Shown here: positions 56,819 to 64,000 of the stretch, piece after piece
How the letters are laid out: the number at the start of each line of letters is the position of its first letter
Position numbering within the stretch: the first letter of the stretch is position 1
From: Anaerolineae bacterium
GTDB taxonomy: Bacteria > Chloroflexota > Anaerolineae > UBA1429
Assembly: GCA_963675785.1 (NCBI GenBank)
Contig: OY776562.1
Coordinates: 2,976,001-3,040,000, forward strand
Direction: 5' to 3'
Length of the DNA: 64,000 nucleotides
The notes under the pieces: model-generated
What the model was told of the DNA's origin: nothing
What the model saw: only the letters and a program-made list of their open reading frames with translations
The model's database searches: none
Position numbers and translations under genes: made by a program

Positions 56819-59800
56819 TTGGATATTAACAAGATCAACAGTATGCAGATCAGCCTCGCTTCTCCTGAGCAGATTCTGGAGTGGTCTTACGGTGAAGTAA
56901 CCAAACCGGAGACGATCAACTACAGAAGACTGCGCCCCGAGAAGGATGGTTTGTTCTGTGAGGCGATCTTTGGACCGACCAAGGATTGGCAGTGTTATTG
57001 CGGCAAGTACAAAAAAGTTCGTTTTCGCGGCATCAAGTGTGATAAGTGTGGTGTCGAAGTTACGCACTCTCGCGTGCGTCGTGAACGAATGGGCCATATC
57101 AAATTAGCTTGCCCAATTGCGCATATTTGGTACACCCGCAGATCTCCCAGCTACCTTGGCCTTCTTCTCAATATCTCTCAGCGTCACCTGGACCGCGTGC
57201 TCTATTTTGCCGAGTATGTGGTTACCAGCGTGGATGAGGGGCAGCGTGAGCGTGCTCTTGGCAAACTGGCCGAAGAGGAAAAGCGCGATGTTGAGTCAGA
57301 AGCGCAAGAATTACGAGAGCGCCTGACGGCTATCGAGACCCAGCTTGCTTCTCAGCAAGAGAGCCGTTCGAGCCGAAAGACTGAAATCGAACAAGAGATA
57401 CAGCAATCTCGTGATGCGGCTACTGAGGCCGCCATGAGCGATGCTACGCGCATTCGCCAGATTCTCGAGTCGTATGAGAATCAGCCGGCCCCCGATGACC
57501 TGCTTTTTATCCCTAGTGGTGCTCTGGTGGCCAGCACGGGCGAAATGATCGATCATTCGCACATCGTTCGTTTTCGCGAGATGGTGCAGGATGAGTTGAG
57601 CCGCATCGAAGAAGAGTACAAAGAGCGTCGGGCTCAACTGATCGCGCCTCTTGAAGATAATGGCGCTGCTGCATCTGAGGATGTTTTAAAGGAAAAGGCC
57701 GACCTTGAGCAGCGCATCCAAACTATCGCTGATCAGGTGGCAGAGCGTTTTGAGCACGAGCGTGACGAGTTAGAGATTCTCCAACCGCGCCAGTTGCTGA
57801 ATGAAACCCAGTATCGCGCACTTCGCCAGCGCTGGCCTCGCGTATTCAAGGCGGGCATGGGTGCTGAAGCTGTGCGTGATCTGGTAAGTCGTATTGATCT
57901 CGAACAGCTTGCTGAAGAGCTGCGTTCTGAGATTCGTACGACGCGTTCCAAGCAGCGCCGTAAGAAGGCTATCAAGCGCTTGCAGGTTACAGAAGCGCTA
58001 CGTCGTTCAGGCAATCGCCCCGAGTGGATGATCCTGACGGTTTTGCCCGTGATTCCTCCGGGATTGCGCCCCATGGTTCAGCTTGATGGCGGCCGTTTCG
58101 CTACGAGCGATTTGAACGACCTCTACCGGCGCGTGGTAAACCGTAATAACCGTCTCAAGCACCTGATGGAATTGCAGGCGCCTGAGGTGATTGTGCGTAA
58201 CGAAAAACGCATGCTACAGGAGGCTGTCGATTCTTTAATCGACAACAGCCGTCGTGGCAAGGCCGTCTCGCTTAGAGGCCGACGCCAGCTAAAGTCCTTG
58301 TCGGATATGCTCAAGGGCAAGCAGGGCCGTTTCCGTCGTAACCTGCTGGGCAAGCGTGTGGACTATTCCGGGCGTTCGGTTATTGTGGTTGGCCCCAAGC
58401 TTCGCTTGAACCAGTGCGGCCTACCTAAAAAGATGGCCCTGGAGCTCTTCCGACCCTTTGTGATGCACAAGTTGGTCGAATACAACTATGCAATCAATGT
58501 CAAAGGCGCCAAGCGCCTTATTGAGAGAGAGTCTCCCGAAGTCTTTGAAGTGCTTGAAGAAGTCATCAAGACTCGTCCGGTGTTGTTGAACCGTGCACCT
58601 ACGTTGCACCGCTTGGGTATTCAGGCTTTTGAGCCCATTCTGGTGGAAGGTAGTGCTATTCACCTGCACCCGTTGGTCTGTTCAGCCTTTAACGCAGACT
58701 TTGACGGTGACCAAATGGCTGTTCACGTACCACTTTCACAGGCTGCCATTACCGAAGCTCGCGAGTTGATGCTTTCAAGTAAGAACCTCTTGCGTCCTTC
58801 GAATGGTGAACCGGAAGTGGGTCCTTCCAAAGATATGGTTTTGGGCTGCTACTATTTGCTGCTTGAGCATGACGGCGTCAAGGGAGAGGGCACAGTCTTT
58901 TCCTCGGCTGCAGAAGTTGAGATGGCCTATTCTTTGGGCTATGTGCACCTTCACGCCAAGATCAAGTTCCCCTTCCAGGGGCCGGATGATGCTGAGCCGC
59001 AGTTGATCGACACTACCGTTGGGCGTGTGTTGTTTAACGAGGCATTGCCCCAAGAACTGCGCTTTGTGAACCAGCCTTTGGATAAAAGTGGACTCAAAGA
59101 GTTGGTAGCTGAGGGCTATGCCAAATTAGGCATTGAGGGCACAGCCGAATTGGTGGATGCTATCAAGGATATTGGATTCCGCTATGCAATGGTCTCGGGT
59201 GCAACCCTTGCCATTTCCGATATTCAGGTTCCTGAGGCAAAAGAACGCATTTTGGCAGAAACCAATGCCCAAGTTGCTGAGGTAGACCGTCAGTATTCCC
59301 GTGGTGCTATTACGGAGAATGAGCGTTATACCAAGCGTGTTGAGCTTTGGACGCAGGCTACTGATGATGTGACTGAAGCCGTTGCCCATATGTTGGATCC
59401 GTATAGCTCACTGGGTGTGATGGTGAGTTCAGGGGCCTCTAAGGGTGGCATGACGCCTATTCGTCAGTTGGCCGGTATGCGTGGTCTGATGGCTGACCCT
59501 TCTGGACGAATCATCGACTTGCCGATTCAGTCCAACTTCCGTGAAGGCCTTACTTCACTGGAGTACTTTATCTCGACGCACGGTGCCCGTAAAGGTTTGG
59601 CTGATACGGCGTTGCGTACGGCAGACGCTGGTTACCTGACGCGACGACTTGTCGATGTTTCGCACAGTGTCATTGTCGAGGTTGAGGATTGCGGAACCAC
59701 CAATGGCATTTGGAAGTTCCGTGAACCCGAAAAGACCGCCATTGAACCCTTTGGCGATAAGCTTATGGGCCGTTTCCCGGTTGAGCCCATTGTGAACGTT

Positions 59801-61147
59801 GCCACAGGTGAACTGATCTGTGACACTGATACCATGATCGATGAAGAGATTATCGCCATGATCGACGAGGCTGGAATCGACAAGGTATATATGCGTTCTC
59901 CATTGGCATGTGATTTGCGTCGCGGTGTTTGCCAAAAATGCTATGGCATGGATCTGGGGCGTGGGCATCTGGTCGACCTTGGCGAGGCAGTAGGTATTGT
60001 TGCTGCACAATCCATCGGCGAACCTGGAACCCAATTGACTCTGCGAACGTTCCACAGTGGAGGCGTTGCAGGTGCAGATGACATCACTCAGGGTCTTCCG
60101 CGAGTGCAAGAACTCTTTGAAGCACGAGTGCCCAAAGGCGAAGCAATTATCGCCGAGATTAGCGGGCGAGTCTCTCTTACGGCACAGGGCGAACAGCGTA
60201 CAGCAACTGTAGTAAATACACGTGTTGAACGCGTTGAACAAACCATTCCGGAAGGCTATGTGATCGCTGTCGTTGACAATGACGAGGCTAGTGAAGGCCA
60301 GGTTATTGCGTCCAACGATGACGGTGAAGAGATCCTCGCAAAAGCAAGCGGACGAGTTGGTGTGGATGGCGATACGGTCTTTGTGTCGCGCGATGTGCTC
60401 GAAGAAGTTGAGTACGAAATTCCCGTTACATCTCGTGTGCGCGTGCGCGATGGTCAAGAAGTCTTTGCTGGCGAATTGATCACTGAGGGTGCCAAGAACC
60501 CGCATACAGTGTTGGCTGTTCAAGGCATTGAAGCTACATACGACTATTTGGTCGAAGAAGTGCAAAAAGTCTATCGTTCACAGGGTGTGAACGTGAATGA
60601 CAAGCACATCGAGGTCATCGTCCGCCAGATGCTTGGCAAGGTCACTATTGCCGATAACGGCGATGCCGAAGTTTTGCCAGGCGATCTTGTTGAACGCTTT
60701 GAGCTCGAAGATCTCAATGACAAACTTTTGGCCGAAGGTCTCGAACCAGCAACAGCAAACCCTGTGCTGCTTGGTATCACCAAGGCAGCGCTCAACACGG
60801 ATAGCTTCCTCTCGGCGGCATCCTTCCAGCACACTATCAGTGTTCTGGCTAATGCAGCTATCGAAGGCAAGGTAGATAACCTTCTTGGTCTCAAAGAGAG
60901 CGTCATCATTGGAAAGCTCATCCCGGCTGGTACGGGACGACGAGAAACTGTTCCGGCGGAAGCAACTCCCGCCCACGCTGATGCTGAACCAGTTGAATCG
61001 GATCTTCTCGGAACGCTAGATGATGATTTCCTCAGCGGTGATCCGCTGGCAATGATTGACTCTCTTGAGGAAGCTTTTTCACAAGACAACGATGACACCG
61101 TTGACAATTATGACACCGTTGACGAGGCAGAAGATTCTCAGGAGTAG
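56819..61147 (+). CDS. rpoC: RNA polymerase beta' subunit
   Basis: Zinc finger CYCG...CDKC, '[12 protein letters not shown]', catalytic NADFDGD, bridge helix and trigger loop ('QLTLRTFH'); TTG start with an AGGAGG RBS. Confidence 0.99.
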   Translation: MDINKINSMQISLASPEQILEWSYGEVTKPETINYRRLRPEKDGLFCEAIFGPTKDWQCYCGKYKKVRFRGIKCDKCGVEVTHSRVRRERMGHIKLACPIAHIWYTRRSPSYLGLLLNISQRHLDRVLYFAEYVVTSVDEGQRERALGKLAEEEKRDVESEAQELRERLTAIETQLASQQESRSSRKTEIEQEIQQSRDAATEAAMSDATRIRQILESYENQPAPDDLLFIPSGALVASTGEMIDHSHIVRFREMVQDELSRIEEEYKERRAQLIAPLEDNGAAASEDVLKEKADLEQRIQTIADQVAERFEHERDELEILQPRQLLNETQYRALRQRWPRVFKAGMGAEAVRDLVSRIDLEQLAEELRSEIRTTRSKQRRKKAIKRLQVTEALRRSGNRPEWMILTVLPVIPPGLRPMVQLDGGRFATSDLNDLYRRVVNRNNRLKHLMELQAPEVIVRNEKRMLQEAVDSLIDNSRRGKAVSLRGRRQLKSLSDMLKGKQGRFRRNLLGKRVDYSGRSVIVVGPKLRLNQCGLPKKMALELFRPFVMHKLVEYNYAINVKGAKRLIERESPEVFEVLEEVIKTRPVLLNRAPTLHRLGIQAFEPILVEGSAIHLHPLVCSAFNADFDGDQMAVHVPLSQAAITEARELMLSSKNLLRPSNGEPEVGPSKDMVLGCYYLLLEHDGVKGEGTVFSSAAEVEMAYSLGYVHLHAKIKFPFQGPDDAEPQLIDTTVGRVLFNEALPQELRFVNQPLDKSGLKELVAEGYAKLGIEGTAELVDAIKDIGFRYAMVSGATLAISDIQVPEAKERILAETNAQVAEVDRQYSRGAITENERYTKRVELWTQATDDVTEAVAHMLDPYSSLGVMVSSGASKGGMTPIRQLAGMRGLMADPSGRIIDLPIQSNFREGLTSLEYFISTHGARKGLADTALRTADAGYLTRRLVDVSHSVIVEVEDCGTTNGIWKFREPEKTAIEPFGDKLMGRFPVEPIVNVATGELICDTDTMIDEEIIAMIDEAGIDKVYMRSPLACDLRRGVCQKCYGMDLGRGHLVDLGEAVGIVAAQSIGEPGTQLTLRTFHSGGVAGADDITQGLPRVQELFEARVPKGEAIIAEISGRVSLTAQGEQRTATVVNTRVERVEQTIPEGYVIAVVDNDEASEGQVIASNDDGEEILAKASGRVGVDGDTVFVSRDVLEEVEYEIPVTSRVRVRDGQEVFAGELITEGAKNPHTVLAVQGIEATYDYLVEEVQKVYRSQGVNVNDKHIEVIVRQMLGKVTIADNGDAEVLPGDLVERFELEDLNDKLLAEGLEPATANPVLLGITKAALNTDSFLSAASFQHTISVLANAAIEGKVDNLLGLKESVIIGKLIPAGTGRRETVPAEATPAHADAEPVESDLLGTLDDDFLSGDPLAMIDSLEEAFSQDNDDTVDNYDTVDEAEDSQE

Positions 61148-61150
61148 TTA

Positions 61151-64000
61151 ATGGATCGAGTCTGGCAGTATCGCCGTATTCGTGCTCAGAAACCAGACCA
61201 GAGCGGGGGGCTGTATGCAGCCCTCCGCTTTATTGTTATTGCGCTGGTTATCCTGCTGTTTGCTAGCTTTGTTTTAATCCTTGCAACAGGCGTAGCGGGT
61301 TATAGCCTGTATGCTTCCTATGTGAATGAGCTTCCCTCGGCTGAAGAGATCAGCCAGGCGAGCACGCAATCATTCGAGACTACCCGTTTGTATGACAGCA
61401 CGGGTGAAACGGTTCTATACGAGATCATAGCGACGGATGAAGGCAATCGCAGTTATGTGTCTTTGTCCGATATCCCTGAGGCACTGCGTTATGGAACCAT
61501 TGCCTCTGAAGACAAGACCTTTTATACGAATCCGGGTGGTTTAAACATCGTGGGTTTGGGGCGTGCTGCATGGGGTGTTATCTCTGGTGACTATGCCGGT
61601 GGTGGCAGCTCGATTACGCAGCAGCTTGTGCGTAACGTGATCATGACTTACGAAGAGCGGACGGATGTCAACTTGGGGCGTAAATTGCAAGAAATGGTGC
61701 TGTCTGTCGAGTTGACTCGGCGTTATCCAGGCACTGAGGGGCGTGACCAGATCTTAGAGTGGTATCTCAACAATATCGAGTATGGCCATATGGCTGTAGG
61801 CGTTCAAGCGGCAGCTCAGACCTATTTTGGCAAAGATGTGCAGGATCTCTCATTGGCTGAATGTGCCATGCTGGTACCAGTTGGGAATAGCCCTGCGCTA
61901 AACCCCATTGATGCGTTCGATGAAGCCAAGAGCCGTCAAGAAATCGTGCTTGATGAACTGTACTTGCAGGGCTATATCACAGCCGAAGAGGCCTACGAAG
62001 CCAAGCAAGAAGAAGTCGTCATCATACCTGCGACTTATGATATGATTGCCCCGCACTATGTGCTTTATGTGCGCGATCAACTCGAAGAGATGTTTGGCTC
62101 GGACGCTGTATATGGTGGTGGTCTGCAAGTCATTACTGCTGTGGATTTAGACATCCAAGAAAAGGCCAATGAATATGCCCAGCAGCAAATTGACGAAATC
62201 GGTGCGACCTATGAGGCCACCAATGCGGCTGTCGTAGTCATTGATGCTCAGACGGGTGAACTCAAAGCGCTTGTTGGCAGCCTGGATTACGATAATGACG
62301 AAATCGACGGTCAAGTGAATATGGCGCTCAGTGGACGCCAACCGGGCTCTAGCTTTAAACCATTCGTCTATGCTACAGGCTTTCAGCAGGGTTATACGGC
62401 GGCGACGATGGTTATGGATGTCCCCACGAGTTTTTCCGATTATCCCAACCTTGTGCCCTATACCCCAGAGAACTATTCCCGTACTTATCATGGCCCACTG
62501 TTGCTTCGTCAGGCATTAGGCTGTTCATACAACATTCCTGCTGTGTGGCTGGCCCAACAAGTTGGCACGGATGCGGTTGTGGATACGGCCCGTACGATGG
62601 GCATTACCTCGCTGACCGACACTACATATGGCCTTTCATTGGCACTAGGCAGTGCTTCTGTTTCCTTGTTGGATATGACTTATGCTTTTAGCGTCTTTGC
62701 CAACAATGGCGTGATGGTTGGTACTGAAGTGCCTGAATCTGCTCAAGTGGAAGGCTTGCGAACGCTGAATCCTGCTTGCATTCTCGAAGTCCGAGACGCT
62801 GAGGGGAACTTGCTCTACAAGTATGATGAACCGACGAAAAAAGCGGTTATCAGCTCTGAAGTGGCTTTTCTTGTGACGGACATTCTCTCCGATAACAATG
62901 CCCGTGCGCAGGCTTTTGGCGTCGATAATGACCTGACTTTGGAGGATCGTCCGGTAGCTGCCAAGACTGGAACCACCAACGACTATCACGATGCTTGGAC
63001 CGTAGGCTTTACGCCGCAGTATGTAGTAGGCGTTTGGGTTGGCAATTCAGACTACACCGAGATGAAAAATGCCTCGGGTGTCAGGGTGGCAGCGCCGATC
63101 TGGAATAGCCTCATGACCTGGTTACACGAGGATCTTCCGGTGGAGAGTTTTACGCGACCGCCTGGAATTGTCACCGAGGTGATTGATGCGACTTCGGGCA
63201 AGCTGCCAACTGAGAACTCGTCAACGCTGATACAAGAACTCTTTATCGAAGGTACAGAACCGACGGAAGAGGATGATGTGCATCAGACCTATCGCATCTG
63301 TACGGAATCGGGCAAACTGGCAACAGAATACTGTCCCGAGGAATCCGTAATAGAAGTGGTGTACAACGTATATCCAGCCGAAGCCGACGACTGGGTGCGC
63401 GAGGAGGGCATCGCCCAACCTCCCACCGAAATCTGCGATCTGCACGGTCCCAGCCTGACCAACACGCCAGTAGCCATTACGGCTCCTGCAATTTTCGATA
63501 CAATTCAGGGGATCGTCGAGGTTACTGGTAACGCGACAGCGGATGGTTTTGAACGTTACTATCTAGAGTACGGCGAGGGAATGACGCCCTTATCCTGGGC
63601 TCGCATTGGCAGTGAGCACGGCAACACTGTAGGGAATGGCGTGCTCGAATACTGGGACACGACCGGTTTAGAGGGCCTTTACACTTTGAGGTTGAACGTG
63701 GTTGCCTCGGGGCAGGTTAAACAGTTTACCAGCCAAGTTGTTGTGGATAATGCTGTCCCTGAAGTTGTGCTCTTGTCTCCAGAGGCCGATCAAGAGTTTG
63801 AATACGTCGATGATGAGTGGATCAGCTTTTATGTGGTTGTTGCTGACAATGTTTCGATATCCAAGGTTGAATACTATGTGGATGGACAACTTGTCGACTA
63901 TACCACAGTAGCGCCCTTCTCTATTCGAGTTTTGCTGCCCAAAACCGCACAAGAGGAGGAACCAGTTGCCGAAGGTGAGCAAGCGATTGTTGATCCCACT
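61151..64000 (+). CDS. Second class A penicillin-binding protein (3' end outside window; absent from the ORF track)
   Basis: ATG 3 nt after the rpoC stop: MDRVWQYRRIR..TM; 'EDKTF', 'GGSSITQQL', 'RKLQE', SSFK, SYN, KTGTT; the same frame is still open at 64000 (950 codons; start, motifs and end checked). Confidence 0.93.
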   Translation, partial: MDRVWQYRRIRAQKPDQSGGLYAALRFIVIALVILLFASFVLILATGVAGYSLYASYVNELPSAEEISQASTQSFETTRLYDSTGETVLYEIIATDEGNRSYVSLSDIPEALRYGTIASEDKTFYTNPGGLNIVGLGRAAWGVISGDYAGGGSSITQQLVRNVIMTYEERTDVNLGRKLQEMVLSVELTRRYPGTEGRDQILEWYLNNIEYGHMAVGVQAAAQTYFGKDVQDLSLAECAMLVPVGNSPALNPIDAFDEAKSRQEIVLDELYLQGYITAEEAYEAKQEEVVIIPATYDMIAPHYVLYVRDQLEEMFGSDAVYGGGLQVITAVDLDIQEKANEYAQQQIDEIGATYEATNAAVVVIDAQTGELKALVGSLDYDNDEIDGQVNMALSGRQPGSSFKPFVYATGFQQGYTAATMVMDVPTSFSDYPNLVPYTPENYSRTYHGPLLLRQALGCSYNIPAVWLAQQVGTDAVVDTARTMGITSLTDTTYGLSLALGSASVSLLDMTYAFSVFANNGVMVGTEVPESAQVEGLRTLNPACILEVRDAEGNLLYKYDEPTKKAVISSEVAFLVTDILSDNNARAQAFGVDNDLTLEDRPVAAKTGTTNDYHDAWTVGFTPQYVVGVWVGNSDYTEMKNASGVRVAAPIWNSLMTWLHEDLPVESFTRPPGIVTEVIDATSGKLPTENSSTLIQELFIEGTEPTEEDDVHQTYRICTESGKLATEYCPEESVIEVVYNVYPAEADDWVREEGIAQPPTEICDLHGPSLTNTPVAITAPAIFDTIQGIVEVTGNATADGFERYYLEYGEGMTPLSWARIGSEHGNTVGNGVLEYWDTTGLEGLYTLRLNVVASGQVKQFTSQVVVDNAVPEVVLLSPEADQEFEYVDDEWISFYVVVADNVSISKVEYYVDGQLVDYTTVAPFSIRVLLPKTAQEEEPVAEGEQAIVDPT
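61202..61240 (+). terminator. Terminator-like hairpin for rpoC embedded in the 5' coding region of the next gene
   Basis: agcggggggctg-tatg-cagccctccgct followed by ttattgttatt, 55 nt after the rpoC stop. Confidence 0.6.

Noticed and set aside
55956-57097. ORFs 55956-56594 (+), 56505-56768 (-), 56618-57097 (-) and 56676-56900 (+) near the rpoC promoter
   Set aside because: They overlap SOR/rpoC or the promoter and leader; no coding signals; none resembles an rpoB fragment.
59555-61107. Long antisense ORFs (336, 178 and 132 aa) opposite rpoC, and similar ones opposite other genes
   Set aside because: Shadow frames of strongly biased coding sequence; no RBS or protein-like motifs.
1-64000. 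CRISPR array, tRNA/rRNA, IS/integrase/prophage genes
   Set aside because: No regularly spaced repeats, cloverleaf or rRNA signatures, or transposase/integrase/phage motifs were seen by eye.

Overview
A 64-kb, gene-dense core-chromosome segment (about 50-55% GC by eye) with no CRISPR array, rRNA/tRNA gene or recognisable mobile element. Gene content suggests an anaerobic Chloroflexota (Anaerolineae-like) bacterium; this is inferred, not proven. Housekeeping genes: ileS 3' part, rarA, rho, priA, gmk, tmk, darA and a stand-alone rpoC. Also present: envelope enzymes (two class A PBPs, a LysM-M23 peptidase, a TPR-SLT lipoprotein), an FMN-riboswitch-controlled RibXY-type ABC importer, a MarR-linked heterodimeric ABC exporter, scattered sugar enzymes and an SOR/rubrerythrin cassette. 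Main items for follow-up: (1) an unannotated 109-aa YuzD/DUF1462-like thioredoxin-fold candidate selenoprotein with a C-G-G-G-U motif and a SECIS-like hairpin (7596-7925, minus strand); (2) a tightly coupled 7-gene membrane operon built around an orphan GlmL-like ASKHA protein and a DUF6754-like protein, with no glutamate mutase (19633-25983); (3) rpoC separated from rpoB, with its own consensus promoter, a structured leader of about 220 nt, and a terminator-like hairpin buried inside the downstream PBP gene. All family assignments are from motif recognition by eye; no database searches were run.
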